A DNA stretch of 63,620 bases, counting the filler, from Octopus bimaculoides (taxonomy: Eukaryota): NCBI RefSeq assembly GCF_001194135.2. It is 5 parts of 5 records of this genome, joined end to end, with 100 filler letters (N's around TTAATTAATTAA, not from the genome) between each part and the next. Parts side by side here need not be neighbours in the genome. Positions count along the whole stretch, not along the records: positions 44,362 to 60,150 come from NC_068998.1; positions 60,251 to 63,620 come from NC_069010.1; 3 more parts are not named here. One strand, 5' to 3'. A program made the translations under genes and the position numbers. Below the pieces are notes generated by a model, which saw only the letters and a program-made list of their open reading frames with translations, ran no database searches and was not told the origin of the DNA. How positions within the stretch are numbered: position 1 is the first letter of the stretch; each line of letters opens with the position of its first letter. Shown piece by piece: positions 49,155 to 61,737 of this stretch.

Positions 49155-49320
49155 ATATACGACGGGCTTCTTTCAGTTTTCGTCTACCAAATCCACTCAC
49201 AAGGCTTTGGTCGGCTCGAGACTATAGTAGAAGACATTTTCCCAAGGTGCCATGCAGTGGGACTGAATCCGGAATCATGTGGTTGGTAAGCAAGCTACTT
49301 ACCACACAGCCACTCCTACG
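49155..49320 (-). mobile_element. CORE-type SINE head, body lost in a gap
   Basis: Family match. Confidence 0.85.
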
Positions 49321-49901
49321 TCTCGTAGTATTACCATGTAAAATTTGATTTGATTTGGTTGAGCCGTTTGAGAATGCTTTGGGAACAGAGATACAAAGGA
49401 TTTTATGTATATACAGATAAATATATATAAGTTATAAAAATAATTTTAAAAATATATACAGTACACCACTGTTTCTACTTGGCGGCTTTTCATCCATCGA
49501 GGGACCTTTTGGAACGTAATACCTGCGATAGTCGAGGGATTACTGTAGATAAAAGAGTAAAGGTATAAATACATGCATGGTGATTGCTGCATTTTCATGG
49601 ATGTTTGCCGTTTCTTTGTGCTTCCTCATTGTCAATGGCATCTCTGACTTTCCAGCCATGATCTCTCAGATAAATATTCAATCCTGTTGCAGATCTGCAT
49701 AGTTTGGGACATAAGTGAACGACGAAAATTGTAACTTACTGTGCGCTTCCAGCTGCTTAGGTCTGCGTACGTCGCCAATTTTCCATTACCTTGGGACATT
49801 CATTAGATGGAATGACAAATAAGGTCACCATAAAGGGACATTTTCACATCATTAGATTACAATGATAAACGTTTGTATAACGCGAGTACCATTCACTGAG
49901 T

Positions 49902-50545
49902 CAGTTGTTCTCATCCAGGGTCCATATTGTCTATGAAGGTCTATATAAGATTTTTAGGGATCCACATAACAAAATAGTAAATTAGAGATCCACAAATAGT
50001 ATTTTAAGGGCCACTGAAAAATTTTTACTTTCTATGTAAGTATGGCTCAGTGGTTAGAGCGTCGGGCTAGCAATCATGAGGTAGTGAGTTCGATTCCTGG
50101 ACGGGGTTGTGTGTTGTCTTCTTGAGCAAGACACTTTATTTCACGTTGCTCCAGTTCATTCAGTTGTAGAGATGAGTTGCGACGTCACTGATGTCAAGCT
50201 GTATCAGCCTTTGCCTTTCCCTTGGATAACATCAGGGGAGTAGAGAGGGGGAGGCTGGTATGTATGGGTGAATGTTGGCCTTCCACAAACAACCTTGCCC
50301 AGACTTGTGTCTCGGTGGTTAGCTTTCTAGGTGCAATTCCATGGTCATTCATGACCGAAGGAGATCCTTACCTCTCATTTTACATAGTTTAGCCTACATA
50401 AGTTAGTGTGTGAAAAACAAAATAGAAACTTTGACAGAAGTTTCTATAAAACTAGTTTTTAAACATCGAATGGCTCTGGGGCTCCACCAGAATAGAATGG
50501 TAGTCAAAGAGAACCATAGATAAAAAAAATGGTAGAAAACCCCTG
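49902..50545. mobile_element. Old hAT-type (MER5/Charlie-like) MITE with a nested SINE
   Basis: Ends CAGTTGTTCTCATCC / GGTAGAAAACCCCTG (10/15 inverted match); the putative 8-bp TSD is degenerate. Confidence 0.5.
50038..50372 (+). mobile_element. tRNA-derived SINE
   Basis: TGGCTCAGTGGTTAGAGC (A box), GAGTTCGATTCC (B box) and CTTGAGCAAGACACTTTATTTCAC, shared with 32318-32640. Confidence 0.85.
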
Positions 50546-50892
50546 TTCTAAATCCTCGTGATTAGTGCCTGGAGATAGACCGAAGCGAGATGATTAGTAA
50601 TCATGTGAAAGAGCAGGTTTTACATCACAGTGTTTTACATCAGAAAAAGATTGTAGCCACAGCTAGGCTCTCTCATTCCAGGTGGTTGAACTGCGCGCCC
50701 TCACATCAACTAATGGTACTTATGCATCTCTGCGAACAAATGGATTCTCATTATATGTGCTAGTTAACTCATAAGTCGGTCAGAGTAGGCTTGGGAACAA
50801 TAATGCCAAAGAGATTGTTCCACATTCCTCAAAGCCCTGGAACTCCCGTGCCAGATCTCCACAACCGGATGCAGTTTAAAGTCATACCCAGG

Positions 50893-51335
50893 ACATGCAT
50901 GCATACATACATGCAGACATATATGCTTGCATGTATACATGCATACATACATGCATGCATAGATACATGCATGCATAGATACACGCATGCATAGACACAT
51001 GCATGCATTCATACACGCATATGCACATGATGCATACATACATGCATGCATACATAGTACATATATATACATGCATACATGTATATACAGGCATGCATAC
51101 ATACATGCATGTATGCATGCATACATATGTATATACATACGTACATACATACATGTTTGCATACATACATACATGTTTGCATACATACATACATAAATGT
51201 ATACGTACATCCGTCCATCCATCTATCCATTCATACATACACATACATACATACATACATACATACATACATACATACATACATACATACGTACATACAT
51301 ACGTACGTACATACATTCATGCAATCATACATACT
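50893..51335. repeat. (ATAC/ATGC)n degenerate microsatellite field
   Basis: Seen directly. Confidence 0.9.
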
Positions 51336-51479
51336 TATTACTCAATTCTAAATACAAAAATGATATCCGTGATGTACTGCGACTAGTGAAACACTCCTCT
51401 TCCTCGGCTTCAGTGTTGCACGAAAAAAAAACAAGTGAGTTGGAGTACATAAAAACAATACAGAGGCAAACTCAAACAA

Positions 51480-53090
51480 GAGAGGAAAGCCTGAAGGAGC
51501 TCATCCTAAAAACACCTGAGATAGATAATCTGGTGAAAACATCGAAAGGTTCCTACATGACTGTAAGGACGAATTTCCTCTCTAGCGGGGAATGTTCCAA
51601 AAACAGCAGCCCAAAAATTTTGGAGAAGTGTTTCAAGTAACCACTTGAACTTACTTCCAGGATGTTTGGATTACCAGTTCTTGCGGACAAGGCCAGCGAT
51701 GTCTTCCACTTTTTTGGTTCAACATGGCTATATTAAGAGTGGATTATATGAATGCACATATCTTTGCATCAATCTGGAAACACATCTACTTGTTCAACGA
51801 CCTCAAGTTATCAGATATACGAATGGTAACCATTTGAGAGACCAGGATTTTTAACACACAATCACTGCTTCATCTCCACGACTACAGCCTTCCCACATGA
51901 TCCGGACCAAACCATCTTTCGGTCGGCCCAGATCGAGTGTTATGGCTGTGCTGTTACAGGAAGATACAGAAGAATCATCCGTTCTGAGACTCCATGGCCA
52001 GTTATTAGAACCTTTTCGAATCATACATTCGGTCTAAGAGGCCCTTCTCGGCATACGCGGACGAAGTTAGAGCTCTGTTGTCGAGTAGTACGGATAATTG
52101 AAGCGGTAGTAATAATCATACTAAAGAAATACTAGATGATATCAGGGTGATTCGGATATGGCTCGGGCCGAATCTCCAAATAAATAAGAACTGAGATGGA
52201 TTTATGAGTAGAGTGGCTCCTCACACTCAAAACTGGGTGAGAGGGAGCTCATATTGAAATACTGGGCAGAGGTGGAAAATGCATAATATCGCCTCTATTA
52301 TTTTTTATTACCTAACCGTTGTGCGTTGCTTCTCTTTTCATCTGACCAAATTGGTTCATTGTTCTTCTGCATCTTGTGGAAAGGAACTCTAATCAACTGT
52401 CCTCTATCAAAATTTTGCAATAACTTATCGATACTTCAGAGAGATCCGCCGCCTTTTTTACAATTGTCCTGTTTAATTAATTAAATCTCGTTTAACTAAT
52501 TCACATCGACTAAATTAGTGAATTAATTAAATGAGACTGAATCAGTTAATGAGGACAATCGGTTCTTTTCTCTTTTTTTTTTATGATTGTCCTGTTTAAC
52601 TAATTCATTTCCACTTAACTAATTCATCAATTTAATCATTGCAGGCTCTCTACTAATCGAAAAAAAGCAATGATTGGTACTTCGGCGCTTGCATTATATT
52701 GAGGGTTAGTAATAACCAAGAATAATGGCATACTCAAGAGATTCTGGGCATCGACGACAATCAACTAAACAACTTGCATAGGAACACTTGCAGCCAGGAG
52801 CTTATGGATAATTCAAACAAATCCCTTGTCCGGCACTGCTACCGGTAAGCATCACCGGTTCTACAAGTATGGTAGCCCCGTGAGAATCAGGCGTGTTCAA
52901 GAAGTGTGTAGAACTAGAAAGCCATTCTGTTCGCACTCATTCGCTTATTGAGCATAACTCACTTTTGAAGGTTTGTTGGAATAGCTATTACAGTGTGCAA
53001 GATAAACTCGGTGATCACCCAAACACACAGTGCTGCCTTCCATTGACAGACAGTTTTCCTATGATTATGACGAACAAGACTGAAAGTACT
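51480..53090 (+). mobile_element. Heavily decayed L1/Tx1-like LINE ORF2
   Basis: Collinear remnants KTPEIDNL (KxPGxDGL), KILEK, LADKASDVFH (KAFDxVxH), SAYADEV (AYADD), and C-terminal FYKYGSPV...ACSR..KAILFAL (zinc-finger region). Confidence 0.5.
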
Positions 53091-53289
53091 TGAGAACAGA
53101 CACTTTTCCTTTCCGCGAAGCTTACGTCAACTTCTTCACTTTCCGTTTCGAGAAGAAATGGGAAATAGAATGAGAGATACTTCTCTCCAGTAAATTTTTT
53201 GAAACGTGGGTGAGAATGAGAGTATCGTCCAGATGAATGGGTCTATTCTTAACAAGCACCTCTAGGCTAGCAGCTAGCAGTACAGCTTA

Positions 53290-53550
53290 GGCAAAAAGGT
53301 AAGGTTTCCTTCTCGTGCCATGCCGACACATAAAGGACGGTTTCCCGGATTCCATGGTGTATATATTCCTCACCTGGATGGGACGCCGGTCTGTAACAGG
53401 ATTACTCAATTTTGCCAGCTGAGTGGACTGGAGTAATGTAAAATGAAGTGTTTTGCTCAAGAACACAACACGTCGCCTGGCCCAGGAATCGAAACCACAA
53501 TCTTATGATCATGAGTCCAACACCTTAACCACTAAGCCGCAGGCCTCCAC
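53290..53550 (-). mobile_element. tRNA-derived SINE
   Basis: Minus head GTGGAGGCCTGCGGCTTAGTGGTTAAGG...GGTTTCGATTCC; related to 770-1070. Confidence 0.8.
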
Positions 53551-56384
53551 AAACAAAGCTTAGACAGAGGACCTACTCTTGGTAATTGGGATAATCTCGG
53601 GTCATTTGGATTCTTTAATCTCATTTATGTTTCAATAATGACTGTCATTTATTTCCTTCTGTATAATTCTTATTTCTTCATACTAACGAACACCACACCA
53701 TGTTTCTTTTTGATTTGTTTAAGGTATATCTCTTCATAATTGCAGCAAATTAAGTAGTATATTAACACTTGAAAAGAGAAGACGCGAGTGTTTTTTAAAA
53801 TTCTGGTTGTTTCAAACGTGTATTCCTATACTTCGTTGTACTATAGTTTTATAAGCTAGCTAACACATTTTTACGAAATTAGCTTCGTTCAATTTTACCT
53901 TTTCCGGATCTAAAATTGTTTTTCGTTTTCAAATTGACCATATTTGAAACAAATCATGGCGTCGAATTCTTCGACAAACAACGAGGTAAAAGAAAACGAA
54001 ATTTTTTTTTATGCAGTTTTCCCGCCGCTGGCTCAACCAGCACCATCAGTACCACCATTACTGTCACAGCCAGTTACAACAACAAAGCTAGCAACAGCAA
54101 CAAGACAAATGAGAAAGAACATGAAATCAATACGGACCTCATCGGAAATAACAAACGTGAAAACTACGTAAAAAGAAAGAAAGAAAGAACAGCACCCTCA
54201 TAGAAGCAGCAACACAGAGGAAATCAGGAGCAACATCAACGGNNNNNNNNNNNNNNNNNNNNNNNNNNNNNNNNNNNNNNNNNNNNNNNNNNNNNNNNNN
54301 NNNNNNNNNNNNNNNNNNNNNNNNNNNNNNNNNNNNNNNNNNNNNNNNNNNNNNNNNNNNNNNNNNNNNNNNNNNNNNNNNNNNNNNNATATATATATAT
54401 ATATATATATACATATATATATAGTAAATAAGTTAATTTGTTCCCGGAGACCGCTTGTAAAGCGAAAACTCGTAAAGCAGAGCAATAATTTCCCATAGTA
54501 GCAATGTTATAAATCATAATTCGTTCCCAGAAAAATATTTTGCCTATAAGATTTATAATACTCGAAAACAAATGACAATAAAACAACAGTAGAATGTAAA
54601 GAATATCTTATGTAAAGTAAAAAGAATGTCAAGATCATTTATGATAAAAAAATATTATTATTATAATCGTTTTCTGAATCACTTTAACTTGCTCTAGACT
54701 CGCGCACACCATCATTTGTAGCTATGATCACTGATTCACAAGCACTCGTAGACAGACTTGCAGATTTCTTTTTTAAAAAAAGGTCTAGAATTATTTGCTT
54801 AGAAGAAGCTTTTTTTTTTCTTTCGTTCTCTATAAATTTCTCTGTAACATGCAGAAGCATTTGTTATGGTAGTAGAAACTGTTGTACTTCGCTCGAAATT
54901 TGGATCTTGTGCTTGAAAAATTTCAGCTCATCATACAAAATTGAGCAGCAAAATAAAACTCGTAAACCCGGGGTCTCGTAAAGTGAGGTATTACTGTAAT
55001 AGTCATATCCATGCAATGCTAAATACATGTGGATATGAATCAAAATTGCTTATATGTTTTTTCATAATCCATGTTGTAATGTTGGTGGTTTTCTAGGAAA
55101 TATATGATTTGATAATTTAATAAGCTCAACTGTACATTAAGTGGATAAGGAAACAAACAAATAGAAAGAATGAAAATGAAAACTAAAGACATTAATGGTA
55201 ATTTTTTTAGGATCTACTTCCTAAAATCTGGCACGTACACACGGACGGGGAAAGGATTTTGACATTTAGAAAAATGCCGTAAAGTAATTATTGTTGTATT
55301 ACATACATACGTACATACATACATACATACATACACACACACAGATACATACATACATACATACATACATACATACATCCAGACAGACATATACACATAC
55401 ACACATACATACGTACGTACGCACGTATATGTGTGTGTGCTTGTGTAAATTGTATGTAATGTATGTATGTATATATGTATATATGTATGTGTATATATGT
55501 ATATATATATATATGTGTATGTGTGTGTATATATATATATGTGTGTGCGTGTTTGCGTGTGCGTGTGCGTGCGTGTGTGTACACATACGATAATGAAAGC
55601 AAATTATCACAAATTTAGAAAATATGTACGAAACAAGAAACTTTTTTGTATTGTTAAGCGNNNNNNNNNNNNNNNNNNNNNNNNNNNNNNNNNNNNNNNN
55701 NNNNNNNNNNNNNNNNNNNNNNNNNNNNNNNNNNNNNNNNNNNNNNNNNNNNNNNNNNNNNNNNNNNNNNNNNNNNNNNNNNNNNNNNNNNNNNNNNNNN
55801 NNNNNNNNNNNNNNNNNNNNNNNNNNNNNNNNNNNNNNNNNNNNNNNNNNNNNNNNNNNNNNNNNNNTATATATACATACATACATACACCTAACATTCT
55901 GTACATACATATATATATGTATGTATATGTATATATGTATATATATATATATGTGTATGTGTGTGTATATATATATATGTGTGTGCGTGTTTGCGTGTGC
56001 GTGTGCGTGCGTGTGTGTACACATACGATAATGAAAGCAAATTATCACAAATTTAGAAAATATGTACGAAACAAGAAACTTTTTTGTATTGTTAAGCGGA
56101 CAAAAAAGAAACACGCAAAACGGACAGCTGTTGCCTACCTTCAGGTCAGATTTGACAGAGCAAACTGACGCTCCAGTCGTAAACAGTTTACCTTCATATG
56201 AATATCTACAACTATATTATCTGCATTACGTGTTTGATAGCTTAAAAGCGGCACTGGCACATTAGACGCATCCCCATTGCAACAGAACACATTCGGGGAA
56301 CAAGTTTTCAGTACACAACAGACTGTTTTATCGGCCAAAATTCATATATACGGCCTGGAGCGATTCTTTTTTACCTCTTTTTTT

Positions 56385-56545
56385 GTGGCTGTGTGGTTAG
56401 AAGCTTGCTTACCAACCACATGACTCCGGGTTCAGTCCCACTTAGTGGCACCTTGGGCAAGTGTCTTCTACTATAGCCTCGGGCCGACCAAAGCCTTGTG
56501 AGTGGATTTGGTAGACGGAAACTGAAGGAAGCCCGTCGTATATAC

Positions 56546-56576
<31 letters not shown>

Positions 56577-56738
56577 AACCATCGCTTGACAACCGAAATT
56601 GGTGTCTTTACGTCCCCGTAACTTAGCGGCTCGGCAAAAGAGAACGATAAAATAAGCACTAGGCTTACAAAGAATAAGTCTTGGGGTCAATTTGTTCGAC
56701 TAAAGGCGGTACTCCAGCATGGCCGCAGCCAAATGACT
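56385..56738 (+). mobile_element. Near full-length CORE-type SINE
   Basis: Family match; the tail runs into a gap. Confidence 0.9.
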
Positions 56739-57379
56739 NNNNNNNNNNNNNNNNNNNNNNNNNNNNNNNNNNNNNNNNNNNNNNNNNNNNNNNNNNNNNN
56801 NNNNNNNNNNNNNNNNNNNNNNNNNNNNNNNNNNNNNNNNNNNNNNNNNNNNNNNNNNNNNNNNNNNNNNNNNNNNNNNNNNNNNNNNNNNNNNNNNNNN
56901 NNNNNNNNNNNNNNNNNNNNNNNNNNNNNNNNNNNNNNNNNNNNNNNNNNNNNNNNNNNNNNNNNNNNNNNNNNNNNNNNNNNNNNNNNNNNNNNNNNNN
57001 NNNNNNNNNNNNNNNNNNNNNNNNNNNNNNNNNNNNNNNNNNNNNNNNNNNNNNNNNNNNNNNNNNNNNNNNNNNNNNNNNNNNNNNNNNNNNNNNNNNN
57101 NNNNNNNNNNNNNNNNNNNNNNNNNNNNNNNNNNNNNNNNNNNNNNNNNNNNNNNNNNNNNNNNNNNACGTGAGATTACTGTACTTAGATGTTTATAAAT
57201 CATTAGGCGTTTACAAATTGTGACTCTATTGTGACTTTTTTTTCACTTAAAAGCGGTTTCCAAATGGTATAGTAGAGTTCCTTTAATACGGTCTTGAATT
57301 TCCATCTGTGTAGGTAGGGCTGTTGAACTACGGACAGACACACACACGTACACACACGCACACACGCACACACACACGC

Positions 57380-57418
<39 letters not shown>

Positions 57419-57849
57419 CCTACATTCACATATAGACATATTCCTACATATACAAACAGACACACATAAAAAAACCCATGCATATATATATATACATATA
57501 CTTAATGAAGTAGATTTAAAATAGAAAATAAAATTATAGGTTGGTCTGTTTCAAGTTGAAATGGTGACATAAAGTATATGTTAAGTAGAAGCACGTCTAT
57601 CAAATATGGTTACATACATACACACACACACACACATATGTATATATGTATTTAGTATACACATAGTATACACGCACACATGCAACACACATACACATAT
57701 ACATGTTCATATATACATACTCACATATATATGGATACACAGACTCATATTGATTGTGTGTGTGTGTGTGTGTTGTTATATTTCGGGATGGTAATTTCTT
57801 TCGGCAAATAAACACACGCACTATATATTCATCCTTCACTTCAGCTTTA

Positions 57850-58640
57850 TTATTGCTCTTATTTCTGTGTCCTTTATCTGAAATCTTTTGTCACACCTCC
57901 TATGACCTCTTCAGCGACTCTCCATCCCACGTGTCTCCTATCCTGTTTAGTCCGTTCTGTTTTTCTCTGTTGTGTATCCTTATCGGTGCGTGCGTTTGCG
58001 CCTGTATCTGTGTGTGTGTGTGTGTCTAAATTATGTGTGCTTGTGCTTATGTATGTCTTGAGTTTATGTATTACGCTGTTTGTATTTGTGCCTTTTTTTA
58101 TTACTTATTCTGTCTTTAGTCATCATGTTGCGTAGTCTGGCTGAGTCGTGTTATTGTTCCATTCATGTTTTCTGTTGAGGCTCGGTCTGTTTACTGCTAT
58201 GTGTGTGACCTCTGTAATCTAAGTGTCGTGTCTGTTCTATGTGCTAATAATACCTTAATATCTATGTTGTTAACCGAGCCTCTATATTCTAAATGAGTAT
58301 GTTGGTAGAGCACCTACGAGCTTTTCTCCTCTTTAAGCTCCCGCCAGTGTTCATCTCTCCGCTCCCCTTTGTTACGCGTTGTCTTCCCAATGTATGTTGT
58401 TGCCTTTTTTTCTGCACCGGCTTTCAGTACACCGTAAGCTGTCGACTACTTTCCTAATATTACAGTTAACCAATGGGTTCACTGAAAAATACCTTGGTTA
58501 CCAGTTATCCTCCCCTGACAAGCAAAATTTCTCCTTTCGAATGGCATCTAACACTCAAACTTTGAAAAGCTTCAGCAAAACCGGTCATTCGATTAGAGAA
58601 AAAAATCTTATTTTGTATAATATTGCATAATACTTTTGCC
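57850..58640 (-). mobile_element. Penelope-like element of a second lineage, GIY-YIG fragment plus 3' flank
   Basis: Minus strand with frameshifts reads RKVVDSLRC...TTYIGKTTRN..ER..EH....VLYQH..LE...IDIKVL...ITE..HI...PSLNRKHEW. Confidence 0.7.
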
Positions 58641-59196
58641 ATGGCAATTTAAATCTATTCTTTTGTCTCGTAATACAAATCTTGTTTTTTTCATCTTATT
58701 TCTTATCTTGTATATTCAACCACGTGTAATCACCAACCACACTTTCTCACTTATATGTGTGTGTGCGTGTACATACATACATACATACATATATATNNNN
58801 NNNNNNNNNNNNNNNNNNNNNNNNNNNNNNNNNNNNNNNNNNNNNNNNNNNNNNNNNNNNNNNNNNNNNNNNNNNNNNNNNNNNNNNNNNNNNNNNNNNN
58901 NNNNNNNNNNNNNNNNNNNNNNNNNNNNNNNNNNNNNNNNNNNNNNNNNNNNNNNNNNNNNNNNNNNNNNNNNNNNNNNNNNNNNNNNNNNNNNNNNNNN
59001 NNNNNNNNNNNNNNNNNNNNNNNNNNNNNNNNNNNNNNNNNNNNNNNNNNNNNNNNNNNNNNNNNNNNNNNNNNNNNNNNNNNNNNNNNNNNNNNNNNNN
59101 NNNNNNNNNNNNNNNNNNNNNNNNNNNNNNNNNNNNNNNNNNNNNNNNNNNNNNNNNNNNNNNNNNNNNNNNNNNNNNNNNNNNNNNNNNNNNNNT

Positions 59197-59555
59197 GCTT
59201 TGGGGTTACGTGAAAGGAGTGGTCTATATCCCACCTCTTCCTATAAGCCTGGAGGAACTCAAGCAGAAAATCACTGAGGTGCTGGAGAATGTCACGCAAG
59301 ACATGCTACAGCGTGTCTGGCAGGAGCAGGACTACCGGCTTGACGTCTGTCGTGCCACTGGCGGTGAGCATATTGAACATTTGTGAAGCTTTGTGAAATC
59401 GATTACAAAACCTACATCCCTCTGCATATCTTGTTCGAATTTTGATAAATAAATCTTTTATTGTTCAACATGAACCTTATTAAATTTCGTTTGGCTCGGA
59501 CATGTAGTTACTCAGATATTCACATTTCAAATGTCAATTGTTTGGGGACACTCCG
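59197..59555 (+). mobile_element. Tc1/mariner-superfamily transposon 3' end
   Basis: LWGYVKGVVY..P...LEELKQKI...VTQDMLQRVW.E..YRLDVCRATGGEHIEHL-stop (59386); TIR-like end GGGGACACTCCG|TA. Confidence 0.85.
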
Positions 59556-59667
59556 TATATACATATATACACAGACATACACACATATATATACACGTAC
59601 ACACACACACGCATACATGCATACATACGCACACATTCATGCATGCACTAACACACACACACACAAA

Positions 59668-59704
<37 letters not shown>

Positions 59705-59707
<3 letters not shown>

Positions 59708-59928
59708 TTGCTATTATGCAAAAGTTTCGTAAGTCCAAAACGTTATTTTTTCAGAAAACGAAAAACTAGTTTCACCATTCCATAGCAACACCGTTGTACT
59801 ACACTTTGAGAATTTTTGATATCTTCACATCTGAAGCAGCTGGAGATAGGATAGCTTGACCAAAAGAACAGGCTATTGTAAGCAAAAACAATTTTGGACA
59901 TACGACAGTTTAACATAATAGCAACGAG
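59705..59928. mobile_element. MITE with about 45-bp imperfect TIRs in a (TA)n context
   Basis: TCGTTGCTATTATG...GTCCAAAA at the left end is mirrored by TTTTGGAC...CATAATAGCAACGA at the right end. Confidence 0.75.
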
Positions 59929-60250
59929 ATATATATATAATATATATGTATACATATATCCGAAAGGATCTAAGATAAAGTAAGATGGCGCGATTAAGCT
60001 CAAACTTCGATCACGTGACCACAACAGTACCAACTATAAGCACGCATTCGCAGAAGGCAGTGTGAGAATGATAAAGAAATGTTATGGCGAAAGTGCGGAT
60101 AATTTTTGCCTTCCCTTCGTATATATACATATATATATGTATATATATATNNNNNNNNNNNNNNNNNNNNNNNNNNNNNNNNNNNNNNNNNNNNTTAATT
60201 AATTAANNNNNNNNNNNNNNNNNNNNNNNNNNNNNNNNNNNNNNNNNNNN

Positions 60251-60498
60251 TGGCACTTTTTCACGCAGCTATCCTCCTCCATTCTCACCACATGTCCATA
60301 CCAGCGCAATCGTCTCTCTTGCACGCCACAACTGATGCTTCTAATGTTCAGCTTTTCTCTCAAGATACTTACACTCTGACGGGTATTCACATTGACATTA
60401 CACATCCAACGGAGCATACTGGCTTCATTCCTTGCGAGCTTACGTATGTCCTCAGCAGTTACAGCCCATGTTTCACTGCCATGTAGCATGGTTGTTCG
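60251..60498 (-). mobile_element. RTE LINE fragment, same family as 8912-10440
   Basis: LHGSETW...MLRWMC...LRWYGHVVRM. Confidence 0.9.
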
Positions 60499-60533
<35 letters not shown>

Positions 60534-60720
60534 ACGTATACTTACATATATATACATGTGTGTGTGTGTCTTTGTATGTCTATTGTTACAATTGTGTGAT
60601 GACAGTGACCATAAGTTGCTCCACAAGTTTTCCAAATTATGTAACATTTTCTTTTACATTAATTAAATTGCTCTTCATGGTTTCTATACAATACACACCC
60701 ATGCACCCACACATTCACAC

Positions 60721-60763
<43 letters not shown>

Positions 60764-61199
60764 TATATAAATCGTTATATAACAGTTTAAACTAGGTGTA
60801 TGCTTTACTCCAACCAACACTTACAATTCACACATGACAGGGTGACACATTTACCGTGCATGCAATATTCATTTTTAAATGCTTGCATGGTCCATATCTC
60901 ACAGCTTAGGATCCACCCGAACCGCCTCAGTGCCAGGATAACTCACAGCGTTGTGGGTTACAGATGGTGGGATTTCATATCCAACGAACAACCCCACTCA
61001 GTAGATTCACGTGGTTTTGTGCTTAGGGTGTTAGACTTGTGATTGGAAGATTTTGGGGGTTTGGTTCCTGAACCAGGTGACACATTGTGTTCATCATCAT
61101 CATTTAACGTCCGTTGTCCATGCTGGACGTTTTGACCAGGGCTGGCGAGTTGGAAGGCTGCAACAGACTCCAGTCTTATTGGAGCAAACATTTCATTTC

Positions 61200-61734
61200 A
61201 TTAGAAAATTACTATTTTTAAAATCTCACAACGTGAGATATTCAGCAATAGTACTTTGTAGCAAAGATTGTTTGCCAACATAACATGGCAGTCCTGGTTT
61301 AAGACTAATGTAGCTGTAATTTAGCCCCAGGAGACATCGTCTCCAGCTGGTTATACAACACAATCTGTGTCCTTATAGTTTCGAACAAGGGAATCTAGCT
61401 CCACCACTCAGCTCATAACAATATCTGTGCATCACGATTTCTGGATTATTTCCTTTCATCAGCACAGAATAATTGTTTGGCTAGAGGTGGCGCTGATAAA
61501 TTCCCGTTTGAAATATATAGTTTTCACAGTGACAACTAGTCACTGATTTATAAATTAGAAGATTAATATTTTTAAAATCTCACAACATGAGATATTCAGC
61601 AACAGTACTTTGGAGTAAAGATTGTTTGGCCAACATAACATGGCAGTCCTGGTTTAGGACTAATGTTGCTGTAATTTAGCCCCATGACGTCTCCTGGGGC
61701 TAAATTACAGCAACATTAGTCTTAAACCAAGACT
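61200..61734. repeat. Direct duplication (about 61200-61335 and 61555-61684); the second copy ends in a 40-bp fold-back
   Basis: Shared ATTTTTAAAATCTCACAAC...GAGATATTCAGCAA...GTCCTGGTTTA.GACTAATGT.GCTGTAATTTAGCCCCA. Confidence 0.9.
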
Positions 61735-61737
61735 TAA

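Noticed and set aside
55491-56098. Identical block of about 170 bp on both sides of a gap (55491-55660 and 55929-56098)
   Set aside because: Exact identity flanking a gap is most simply an unmerged contig overlap or haplotype artefact.
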